From assembly GCF_036321535.1 (NCBI RefSeq), contig NC_087437.1, positions 59,956,001 through 60,020,000 of the forward strand: DNA of 64,000 nucleotides, given 5' to 3'. Shown piece after piece: positions 1 through 11,760 of the stretch (its first letter is position 1; each line of letters opens with the position of its first letter). Under the pieces are notes generated by a model that did not search any database, was not told the DNA's origin, and worked only from the letters and a program-made list of their open reading frames with translations. The position numbers were made by a program, and so were the translations under genes. Source of the DNA: Camelus dromedarius (Eukaryota).

Positions 1-3000
1 AGTAAAAACTAAAATTTATACCTGCACCAGCAGCACATAGAATACTTAGCTTTAAGATGCTATATAAAACATTTATGCTTTTGGCTATACTTTCTAGTTC
101 AACAAAGAGTGAGCATAGCATGTAATTATTCAGCTTCTTTATTAGTTTTAACAGCTCATTACTAAATAAACTATGTTAATATTTAATTATTTTCCTTGTT
201 CCTTCATCTTTTCTAAATTTATCATGAAAAGCAAAGGAGAAATATAGATATTAGTAATCCATCTAGCACTGACTTTAGCCTGAAGTGATGCTGCCACACT
301 GAGAAGATGGTCTAATACAGAAAGATTATTTTAGTAGATATCACATCTTCAAAACATATATATTATAGACATATAAAAATCTTAAGAGACACCACAAGTT
401 AGAAATCTGAAACCAATCAGAAACAAGCTCAACAATTCACTTACGACATAAAACATTTCACTCCTTATGCTATTTCAATCATATCATACAATCTCTTCAG
501 TTAAATTTCAGATTATAGAATAATGCTTTCAAGTGATACTTAGATTTTATGAAGTACAGGGTGAGGTTTTAAAACTATCTGGGAATTCCAAGTCAAATTC
601 ACATTTCCCTCAGGAAGATCTTTTTAAAAAGCTGATTTTGAAAATACATGCCACTATTCCATAAAACTATAGATAGACAATGGCAAATTTATCATTATAT
701 GATTGGTACCTTATGGTGACTATAAGAAAATGTGTTCCCTACAACTAATCCACAATCCTTAAAAGTACTTAAACAATGGGCAGAAAAAAAATCTTTATGT
801 TTTAATAGCTGAATTGCTGGATTTTTAAAGTAAAGGCACAGATATCACAAAAACACAAGTCTTCTATTCAGAGGCTAGTAGAAGATACCAAATCAAGCTG
901 GATAGAGAACTAGAGAAGTAGAGCAGACTCTGAAGTACTTATATAGATAAAGGAAAATTATTTGCAAGTATTTCCTAAGATTAGATTTTAGATAAATTTC
1001 ATATTAAAACATTGAGATATATTCCAAATTTTTAAAATTGAAAAGCAAAGAGAATTCTAAATAACATTTAATAGACTACTCTGTTTCCTCTCTTTTATAC
1101 TTATTGACCTATAACTAGAAAACATTTAAGATTTTTGTTACAAGGTTCTGACTTTTAGTTTGTGAGGAGTTTTATATAATGCTTATATGCTATATTCCTT
1201 ACAAGTCTGCTTTTTACTAGTGTTTTCATCAAAGTGTTCTTTAAAGGCATATGAAAATGAAATTAATTTGCTTTCTATAATTTATTCCTAGTAATGTAAG
1301 TGGATTAGGAAGGGTTTTTTTTAATAGTTTTAAGTTATTTTTTAATAGTTGAAGCTATATTTTATGTTATCAAAATACAGACTGTTTAGAATTTCTATAG
1401 CAAGTTAAAAAAAATGCCAGGTTTTGGGCCTCAATTTTGTTACATCCAGCTATGTGACCTTGAATGAACAACTATCTCCATGCACCTCCATTTCTTTACT
1501 AAAAATCAGGCAGTTGAACTACATCTATGGTTCTAGTCAATAACTGTCATCCCACTACATAGAGATGGCATCTCTGTCAAAAAGTGGCCTTGTTTCTAAA
1601 GTTATTTTTTCTTACTTTGCAAATGTAGGTAATATATCTACAACTGAGAATTTAACAGTTATTCCCTATTTAAGTCACATTTTAATGTCTATGCCAATTA
1701 ATAAAATCCATGAAATAAATTTTAAAAATGAAAGAGTTCACCCTTAAATCAGAATCAATTTTCTTTTATTGTCCTAAAAGGGAATGCAATTTTCTACTAA
1801 CACTTACTGTGCTTCATTTTGAAGTCTGAGAGCATATCTGAGTGGAGTAGTCCATGGAAGTTCATTTCTTCTTAACACAATGGTACAGTTTCTATGGATC
1901 TATTGCATTTTCACTGTGTTAAACTTTAAGTAGGTTGTTTTGAAGTCTGAAGGTTAAAATTCAATTCTAATATTACCTCATGAAACCATACTGGTTGAGA
2001 AATCTTTATTTATTATAAAAATTTGACATTCACACTATTTTTTATTTTAATTTTCTACTCTGGCTATGGAAATTTGCCAGGAAAGCTTAAAAGATTATTG
2101 ACCTAATTTTTACAGCTTAGAAAACAGAATTTTAATTTTTCATTTTTACTTTACAATAGTTAAAACACTATTTCTTAACCAGACTATCTTAGTTGATCCT
2201 TTGATGTTCATATATTACTTTAAAAGTTCTACATAACTCAAAAAGTTAATATCAAATATAATCATTATTCTTCCCAGTTTATATTTATTCTTAGGTAAAG
2301 AAAAATTACTTCAAATAAAACACATCATGTACCATTTAAACATTTGACAGTATCAAATGCTAGGGAAATACGTAATAAATCACTGATGTTTGAAAATATC
2401 AGTGAATGTTTATTCTATATAACCTCATCACCAGGAAATCAAAATAAGTGCACTAGGAACCCATTTCAATATATTAAATAGTCAATTAGAATTGTTTCCA
2501 TTTAAATTAACAAAAATGTATACTAAATTAAACTTACCAAGAAAATTCTATTTATTTTGCTAATGTCCATTTTTTTTAAAGAAAACAATCTTCTCTATCA
2601 TTAAGTGAATTCATATCCTGTTCAAGTGGCAAATAAAATATATACATTCAACCAATAATACAACAGTAAATCAGTTAACCAGAACCCAAAACTCTTCTCA
2701 ATTATTACAAAATTGTTCGGACTACCCTTTATTTTTTTTTTTTTTTTCGCAAGAAGGGAGGCATCTTTGAATAAAAGATTTATCATTGCTACTCAGAAGG
2801 ATGATCTTGAGACAAGCCAATCTTTTTTATTTTTTCCTTAATATCTGAAATTATTTCACTTCATTATATTAATACATGAGAAGATACAATAAAATGTTTT
2901 ACACATTCATTCAAAAGATATTTACTGAATTAATATTTTATAATATTTTTGGTAGCCATCAAGTTTAGAATAAAGGAGCATCAGCTGCCACGCGCACTTC

Positions 3001-3532
3001 ATATATAGAAACAATCCCATTTCCTAAAACTCCTGGTTAAAGTTACTGCAAAAATCAAAAAATCAGGATCACTTCACTTAAAGATTCAGAAGCAAACATT
3101 AAGTAAAAATGCACATAAATATCATATGGGGTGGAACCTAAAGGAAAAAGCAGCTCACTTTTCCTATTTATCCCAATATATTCAGTATGTAATTTGCAAT
3201 CAGATCTACTGCATAACAAATACAGGAGGTAGTTCACATTCAAATTTTACTTATTGTGATGATCTAGTTACTAAAGACCAAGCATAAGAATTCTCCTTGC
3301 TTCCTAGTTTACACTTTGCCTAAATTTTAGAATTAGAATTGCTATTCTTCACTTGCTTCTTAAGGCCCCTTCCCTCAAAGGCCATCTTACTTATCTTCAG
3401 CAGATTGGGTTCAGGAAAGTTACTATGGACTGTGAATTTAGAGAATTATGAAGAAAAGAGTTGCCAAACCACAGGGAAAGTCAGGAAACTGAGCATATGG
3501 AAAGAACAAGACTGGTATTTGAAATATATTAC

Positions 3533-3645
3533 CTGTTCCAAGTTTTGAAAGCATTGCTGGCTCGTTTGAACAGATATCCTTCCATAACAATGCCATTTGC
3601 AGCATCTACATTATATTCTAACTTAGAATCATCACTGGAGAAATC
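3533..3645 (-). CDS. ACAP2: ACAP2 exon 10 (113 nt; DFSSDDSKLEYNVDAANGIVMEGYLFKRASNAFKTWN(R)), start of PH domain
   Basis: EGYLFKR...KTW PH beta-1/beta-2 motif; gtctag acceptor, CAG|gtaata donor. Confidence 0.97.
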
Positions 3646-5454
3646 CTAGACAAAATAACACATTAAAAAGTTCATATGATTTTTACTAAGTTCCTTAGAC
3701 AACAAATCTATCCTAGAGAAACAGCTCAAACAGCAGAAAAGCTTTGTATTAAGACAGTTATACCAACAATATTCATAAGAAAGGGGAATAATGTTCAATA
3801 ATAGAATGCTTTAACATATTAAAGTATGTATTTCAATTTAGGACTATTTTCAATAATTATTATCATAATATAAAAATGCAGATTATCATACAGAATATAC
3901 ATTAAAAGAGAAAACAATATAAATCATATAAGTTGTATAAAAAATAATATATACACTGTGATTAAAAGTATAAAATAATATGTATACAAATAAACAAAGG
4001 GAATAACTTAATTTTATAGGGTGTTATGTTTAAAATGCTTTCATTTAATCCCAATATTTTATGGTATTGTTTATGCTAACAATTTTTCAAAAAGGAATAT
4101 GGTTACATTTGAGATTACTTATACCTATCACTATTTTATAAATATATTACTATCATGGTAGTTTTTAAAAATCTGATAGGAATAATAACTCCACTATGTG
4201 AGAGTTCAAAAAGGATAAAGGCTTTTTTTCCTAAAATAAAATTAAGTTTTGCAAAGGAGAACCACTACAGTGTGAAGCGGGCATTCTGAGCTTACTTTTT
4301 TATGACGACTATGGAGTTCATTCAGTCATCTTCTGTCATTCTAATCATTCTATCCTTCACTGAATGTAATTCAAATTCTTAATTTTTCTCCAATGATTCA
4401 TTAAGTTTTGAAATCAGAAATCCTATATTTAAAATATTTCCTGATAACCATCTAAAGTAATTTCAACAAAACTCTAAGACTGCTATAATCCCAAAATTTA
4501 AAACTCTAAAAATCAATCTTGAAACTTTCAAAATTACTTCTGGACCAATGATCAGAATTGGAATGCTATCCTATGAGAGAGTAGTAACGTTTGGTCTTGA
4601 GAAAGATTTTGGTAGAGGCTAGATGACCACCTGCCAAGAATGCTCGGATGTGGGGATCCTGCACTGGAGGGGAAGCAGAGTGAGAATCACCTAAAGGCTT
4701 TCCAAATCTAAGGGTCTATGACGATGGGAAAAGGAAAGAGACTAACTCCAGAACTAACAACAAGCACTTCCAACATCTCTCAAAATTTAACCATAAAGAC
4801 ATAATAATCGAAAACAATCAATGAAACAGAATCTATAAATGATCTGCTATTTTTCTTCTTACTTTTTCTTTGGGGAAAAAAATCAGGGAAACTTTAATTC
4901 CCTCATTTATTTGAGGCTATAATTTATTTAATTATGCAGACAGATTTGTCAGCAACAGACATAATTGAGTTTGGCAATATTGTAAAGATTTCATTTGTAA
5001 CACTGGTAGTTTTTATCAATCCTAAAGCTATTTAAAACATAAAATAAGACTTCCTTGAAAGTGCAGTGCATTATAAGTATTTTTCTAACTTTCAACTATA
5101 TTTCTTGAGATAAATTAAGTCTTCAATATAATTACTATTAATATTGATTAATATTTTATAGTACTTAAAATGTGACAGATATGATTTCATAATGAAAGCA
5201 ATTAATAATGTTAATAAAATATATAATATTAGAATTTAAATATATTGATGAGCTGACAAATTAGGACAGAATACTCAAGAGGCGAAAGACTGAGTGAAAA
5301 TTGGAAGCCACAGAAGTAAGCAGAGCAAGGAAGCCAGCTTTCACCTTAAGGGCATTTCCTCATCAGGAGAACTTGAAGCCTTGGTATGGGGCCCAAGGAA
5401 CAGAAGGCAAGACCAAGGCTGGCCAATGAAGGGACTTCAATAGCTTTTCCTTTT

Positions 5455-7115
5455 GAAATTGTAAGCAAGATAAGAAGGACTACTATTACCACTTTGATTT
5501 AAGATTATTTTGGAAGCCCTAGCCAGCAAGATAACAAACAAAAAGTAAAGGATTGGAAAGGAATAACCGAACTACTACTATTTATATTATAGCTGATGTG
5601 ACTTTACACACATAACATCCAAAAGAGTCCAGAGATAAATTAGTATTAAAAAGAGCTTAACAAGACTAATGGTCACATGGTGGGAAGGGAATAGTTCAAC
5701 TGGTAGAGTGCCTGCTTATCATGCATGAGGTCCTGGGCTCAATCCCCAGGACCTCCATTAAGTAAGTAAGTTAAGTATATAAATAAATAAACCTAATTAC
5801 TTCCCCACTCAGAAAAAAAATTTTTTTTAATCTCTTAGGCACAATAGTAAATTAAAAAAAAAAAAAGACTAGTGGTAACAAAATCAATGCAGAAAAATCA
5901 AATTTTATTCTAATATACAAGGAAAGTAAACAGAAAAAAATTTTAAGATAACATGATAACATTTGCAATACAAGTATTTAGAAATGAATCTAACAAAAGA
6001 TGTACAAGAAACTTATCAAGCTTTATGAAGGACATTAAAGAAAACTTAAATAAATGAATAAATATTTCAAACTCACGGATCAGACGGTATTATAAAATAA
6101 AGATATCAATTCTTCCCCAAATTGATTCACAGATCCAATGCAATCCCAATCAAAAGCCCAATCAAAAGTTATTTTTATGCAAACTGAAAAGCTATCCCTG
6201 AAGTTTATACATACGGAAATGCAGAACTTTGGCAATTCACTTTTCAAGAAGAGAAGGTAGAAGGTTTTGTTTTGTCAGATATCAAGATATGCTATAAAGC
6301 TAAAATAATTACGATATCATAGTATTGGCATAATAAAAATGACCAATGAAATAGAATAGAGCCTGCAATAGACCTCACATGCACGGAAATGTAACAGTGA
6401 GCAACAGGGAAAGAACAAACTTTTTAGTAACTGATTCTAGATAATCTAGCTACCAATGTGAAAATAAAAGGAAACCGGATCTCTACCTCATACTATACAA
6501 AAAACCAATTACAGATTGATTAAAGATCTAGACATAAAAGGCAAATCTATAAACACTTAGAGGATTATACAGGAAATATATCTTTGTGATCTTAAGTTGG
6601 GAAGGACACAAAAAGTGCCAAAGAGAGAAGAAATTTTAAGAACTACATGAAAATTAAAAGCACATATACCCCAAAAGGGAGCTTATATCGGGAAGATCTG
6701 AAGATTTGATCAATAGTTAATTAGGCAACATGATGTGAAAATGGGAGAAAGACTAACAGCTATTTAACAAATAGGATATCCAAATGACCAACAGATATAG
6801 GGGAAGGTATTTGAGCTCATTAGTGACTAACACCATAAATTAAAACTAGAATGAGAGATCAATAACTATCCACTCAAATCAGCAAAAAATTAAAAACTCT
6901 CACAGTACAATGAGGTGGCAAGAAGCAATGGGAACTCTCACACAATACTGCTTTCTGGGAATGGTATAACATGTTGAAAAATAATTTAGCATTATCTACT
7001 AAAACAAACATGCATACACTCTTTGACCAAGCAATTTTACCAGTAGATATAAATCCATGAGAAATGTGTGCACATATCCAAAAGGCATATACATGAATGT
7101 GCACAGCATCATTGT
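5455..7115 (+). mobile_element. Old degenerate L1 (ORF2 3' half), interrupted by the SINE
   Basis: Degenerate L1 ORF2 motifs (caatcccaatcaaa, gaccaatgaaatagaatagag, ctctacctcatactatacaaaa); boundaries approximate. Confidence 0.8.
5678..5864 (+). mobile_element. tRNA-derived SINE (camelid Vic-1-like)
   Basis: A-box TAGTTCAACTGG, B-box GGCTCAATCCC, AATAAACCTAATTAC tail region, poly(A); TSD aagactaatggtcaca (5662-5677) / aagactagtggtaaca (5865-5880). Confidence 0.85.
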
Positions 7116-7217
7116 TTCTTCAATTGATCAATTTCAATTCTTGAAAAAAAATCTAAATAATTACATTAGACATACATTTTCTTAATTTTTAGTTGACTGC
7201 ATCTTTTTCTTTTTCTT

Positions 7218-7254
<37 letters not shown>

Positions 7255-7255
<1 letters not shown>

Positions 7256-7266
7256 TGTAATGCAGC
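7255..7266 (-). CDS. ACAP2: Putative alternative 12-nt microexon of ACAP2 (AALQ) between exons 9 and 10
   Basis: ccttttttctgcccttaaatgctgacacag|GCTGCATTACAG|gtaaaa; in frame in a phase-0 intron; UGC at -11..-9. Confidence 0.75.
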
Positions 7267-7894
7267 CTGTGTCAGCATTTAAGGGCAGAAAAAAGGTAAG
7301 TATGAGCAAAAACAGCATTACTCTCTTAAAGGAATTATCTAAAATAAAATAAATTAATCAGATTTAATAATTTCCTACTTTTGAATATTCGGTACAACAC
7401 TGAGCTGTGTATATAACAGGGAAAGATATTAAAATATGCATAGTATTCATTAAATAATTCAGTTTAAACAAATAGTCACATGCTTCTAATATCATGATCA
7501 CTCATTTTAATTAGAAATGATTGGTCCCAATTTAAAAAAATATTTTCATGGTGATGTCATTAAAACAAGTTATCCAACCAAAAGTGATTCTAACTTTAAA
7601 CAAAACATGGAGGTAGTCTTACCTGGCTGACTATATCTAGAAGTAACTAATTAAACACAGACTGACAGAAAAATCTTCCCCTTTTTAAAATGTTTCTCTT
7701 TGAGTATTAACAACTCATCACCAATAAAAACTTCCTTACTTTTATTACTGATTTCACTTCCATCTTTTTCCACTGACATCTTCTACGTCAGATCTAGCTT
7801 ACTGGTATATTAAATTCTAAATAAACCATAATAAAAATTGATTTGACTGCCCAATACCAAGGAAATAGATTTCTTAGAGCAATGCTAGAAGGAA

Positions 7895-8059
7895 TTTTTT
7901 TTTTTCTTTTTAGGGGAAAATGTGATCACAGTCCTCCACTATCAAAAAATGTGCAGTCAAGTTTCCCACATTTGGGGAAATCGCAGAAGTGAGATGGATA
8001 AGCCTTACCCTGGGAAAACCATCTTCATGATCATGGTATCTCCTCTGTCAGGTTGGTAT
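7895..8059 (-). pseudogene. U1 snRNA retro-pseudogene with poly(A) tail
   Basis: Minus strand reads ATACCAACCTGACAGAGGAGATACCATGATCATGAAGATGGTTTTCCCAGGG...CTGCGATTTCCCCAAATGTGGGAAACTTGACTGCA...TTTCCCCT then an A tail; flanked by agaaggaa (7887-7894) / agaaggca (8060-8067) as a possible TSD; internal deletion in stem-loop II. Confidence 0.95.
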
Positions 8060-8450
8060 AGAAGGCACCTTGCTACATACTTGCATTATTACATTCAACC
8101 TCCAGTGCTCTCCTTTTCAGATTACTACACAAAAAATGTATCAAAGACTATACAACCTATTACTAGATTGAGTTCCAGGTATACCATATTCAAAGCTTTT
8201 AGCACACAGAAATAAAACCTGATATCACATTTAAATTTTTACTTTTAAATACATATTTTCCAAATATTAGTTTAGCTATGCTTAGACAAATTAGCAAGAA
8301 ATGCAAGTGGAATTTCAGCATCACTTGAGAAAAAAAGCACTGTCCTAGAGTAACTGCAGCTGAAAATTCCTAGTACCAAACACATACATAGATGCTAAGG
8401 TGGCTAAGGTGTTCTCTAACCCCTGCCCACCTCCATGCCCCATCCCCCCA

Positions 8451-8471
8451 TTCTCTCTCTCTCCACCCACA

Positions 8472-8515
<44 letters not shown>

Positions 8516-8516
8516 A
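8451..8516. repeat. Compound (CT)n(CA)n microsatellite
   Basis: Directly visible. Confidence 0.95.
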
Positions 8517-8868
8517 TGCACACTTTTACAGGCGTTGGTGATATCCTAAATGAAACTATAAATAGTGTTTTAAACTCTAACTAAGGCTCCTTTTCAATCA
8601 GTTTAGGCCCTACAAGACTGACGTTTTAATAAACTGGTTCAAAACTGTGGCTTTCAAATATTTTGATGTAAAAGAATAACAAAATACATACCTGAACATC
8701 TGAAAAATATTTTACTTTTCACCAAAAAAGGAGGAATTTATTTACACAATTTAATTATTAAAGTAACTCATAGGATTTGTTCTGACACAACAGCATCTTG
8801 CTGAAACCAATAATCAAATAATTGTGTAAAATGGGAATTAATTTTCTTTAACTTTTTTCCTCCAGTAC

Positions 8869-8943
8869 CTTTTGTTGAATGGTGGAATGCTTTTGCTCCA
8901 TCTCTCTTTTCTCCTTTGCTGCATCCACAACCAGTCGATCCAA
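8869..8943 (-). CDS. ACAP2: ACAP2 exon 9 (75 nt; LDRLVVDAAKEKREMEQKHSTIQQK)
   Basis: Pyrimidine tract plus ctaaag acceptor, AAG|gtactg donor. Confidence 0.96.
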
Positions 8944-9892
8944 CTTTAGGAGAAAAGGAGAAAATTAGGCTTAACAGTTCAAGAAAGATTATTTTTTTAT
9001 ATCATATTCCCAATAAGTCAGTCAATTTAAGTTAACTTCAAAAGGCATTTTGGCTACAAATTTAAAGTGGAATTTTTTTCTAGTATCATATCTTCTTTGA
9101 GAAGGTCTTTAACTCCTCTAGGGAAAAAGTTTCTAAGAACAGCTATGGTGATAAGCAAATTTATCAAGGACCCAACAGCAATAACATGTTCACTCCAGGA
9201 ATAAAGAGAATGACTCTAGCTTAAGTTGCCTGCTGACCCACTCAGCAATTCTGGTAGACACAATCAAGGGCAGAAAGAAGATATACTGGTGATTTTTTTT
9301 CCCAAACAGAAAAAGTAGCAGCCAAGCTAGTGTGTGCCAGCTGTCACAAGTTCAACTTAACATACACGTCCAATCACTCAAGATGCTTTATGTTTTCAAG
9401 TTGACTTGCTAATGTTATAATCAAATCTCAAAGGTAGAAAAAATTATTCAACAGATAATAGAGGAAGCTAAATAAATTAGTAATAACAATTCAATAGTAA
9501 TCATTCATTAGATCAGGGTATAAAATCACACAATTTTAAGGTTCTTTTTAAAAAATTTAAAAACTTATAAAATCCATTTCTTTTTCGTTCCTTTCCATCA
9601 GAAGATAATTATTTGATTTCCAGTATTATGACAAAAGCACTGGCTTCTTGAATTCCTCTTTGCTGAAGTAACAGAGAATTGGGTTACAAAACACTCCATT
9701 ACATGGGTCTACTCTTCTAGACTGTGATGTACTGTCATCTCATCTTTGAACACGCATCATCTCTAACTGAACAATGAGTAAATAAAAATGTAAATGTCAA
9801 CAGAATATGGAGAAAGACAAAGTATTACTGTCCAAATGTTTCAGTTGATCTCCTTTAAAAACTAAATTGAAAAAAGCCTTCTTAAAATAATA

Positions 9893-10100
9893 TGTAAGTT
9901 TGGGATTAATAGATACACATTACTACATATAAAATAGATAAACAGCAAGGACCTCTTGAATAGCATAAATAATTATATTCAATTTCTTGTAATAAGCTGT
10001 AATGAAAAAGAATCTGAAAAAAGATATATGTAAAACTGAATCGTTTTGCTGTACACATGAGAATAACACTGTAAATCAACTAGACTTCAATAAAAAATAA
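9893..10100 (+). mobile_element. Short L1 3'-end fragment
   Basis: gtttgggatt...ctgaatcgttttgctgtacac...tgtaaatcaactagacttcaataaaa, as in the other L1 tails in the window. Confidence 0.85.
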
Positions 10101-10839
10101 GACGATATGATCCTTTATTCACTACCACAAATTTTGTTTTTTTCTACAGGAGACTAATTCTGGCCACAGAATCTTAATATCACTGAACAGTAATAAAGAA
10201 CCCCCCCCCCAAAAAAAAACCACACACTGAAACAGAACTATCACTATTATAAAATACTTGATTTAGATGGCGGCTATACTACTCCACTTTAGGATTTAAT
10301 TCATACATACCTTAGTAGACATGTCACATTGATTTAAAGGGTAATGCTGTACTAGGAAAATGTTAGTCCTCCAACAGTTTCTTATACTGAATGAGTGGAA
10401 TAAGCATTATACCATGGTTTACAGCCTTTAATTGAATGGCATATAAATATTATTCATTCATTCAGACTAAGTGTAGTAGAAGGCAGCTTCCAAGATTCAA
10501 ATTAATGTTTATAAGTTTGCATGCATGTCCCTTCCATACCAGTACTACAATGCAAATGATGGTTTCTGCTTGTCAAATTGGTAACAAATTTCTCTGCCGC
10601 ATCCCACCCCACTGCTTTGCAGCAGAAAGGGGAAAAATGCCTCTCCCTGCTGGAGAAGAAGTATAAAGAAAAATACCTCTTTCAACATGGTGGAGTGTTG
10701 GAGGGCATACAAGTTGGGGAGATACAAAGGCTGTGTCCCAAGTTTCTATCAGTGCTGGACATCATGAGTTTAACAGGCTCCTATAACCAGCCAGGTGCCC
10801 CCAATTCTCTGCCTGTGTTCTGAACCTCTTCCACTTCTG

Positions 10840-11760
10840 CCATCTCAGGTATCACCATTTCTCCTCTGCTCTTTAACTTCTCCCATTCCCATCTGCTTAT
10901 ATATTTGTGCAAATTTAATAAATAAGCCTTAAATAAAACCTTCCTCCAACCCATATTCCTCTCTAGCTATCTACCTTCTCCTTTTCCTTCACAACACAAC
11001 TTCTTAAAAAATTTTCCCTGATCTCCACTTGCCCATTTCATATTCATCTACCCACTGTAATTTAACTTTAACCTCATGGACCCTCAACTCTCACAGAGAT
11101 AACAAATAACCTTCTTGCTGCTAAACCCAAGAGGTAGTTCTCAGTGCTAGGTTTATTTGAACTTCTTTTCCAGCATTTGTACAGACAAGTACCCCCATCT
11201 TTTTGAGACAATCTTTCCTTGCCCTGTGCTGTCACAGCATCTAGGTTTTCCAAATCCTCTCTTATCTATGTTCTCATGGAGTTCCTCTTACCTAGCCATC
11301 TCTTAAAAGTAAGTCATTCTCAGGGCTCTGTCCCAAGCCAGATTCTCTTCTTACTCCATGCTAGCGGACCTTGATCTTAACTTACAAAATCAAAATTATT
11401 AGGCATGGTGTTTGGACATTTATTTTTTTTTTAAATAGCTCCATAGATTTTGAGATACCTATTAACTCTCCTTGGGTTGGTAAACCCACTCTTGTAGCTG
11501 CAATTAGCAATTATATGCTACTGACTCCTTTAGTCTTTCTCTTGAGCTCTAGATGTATCCACTTAGATATCCTAGCCTCAAAAATCAACACATTTAAACC
11601 TGAACTCATCATGTCCCTCCACCCTCTAATAGGCTATATATTAAATATTCTTCAAGTCTTTCTATTTATCTCCACCCCTACCGTCATGACAATAGTTCCA
11701 GATGCCGTTATCTCATAACTGAATTACTGAAAGAATATCCTAACTGGCCACTTCCAACCA
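10840..11760 (+). mobile_element. LINE-2 RT-region fragment
   Basis: Degenerate L2 motifs such as ttctcagggctctgtcc (GVPQGSVLG-like) and pyrimidine-rich composition; boundaries approximate. Confidence 0.65.

Noticed and set aside
2532..2562. Strong donor TTG|GTAAGT in intron 10
   Set aside because: Nearest upstream AGs give 10 or 22 nt and lack a pyrimidine tract; no credible exon
7922..8215. 97-aa plus-strand ORF
   Set aside because: Antisense read of the U1 pseudogene and its flank; no coding hallmarks
10436..10823. Overlapping ORFs in a slightly GC-richer patch, considered as a processed pseudogene
   Set aside because: No recognisable protein, poly(A) tail or TSD; adjacent to an L2 fragment
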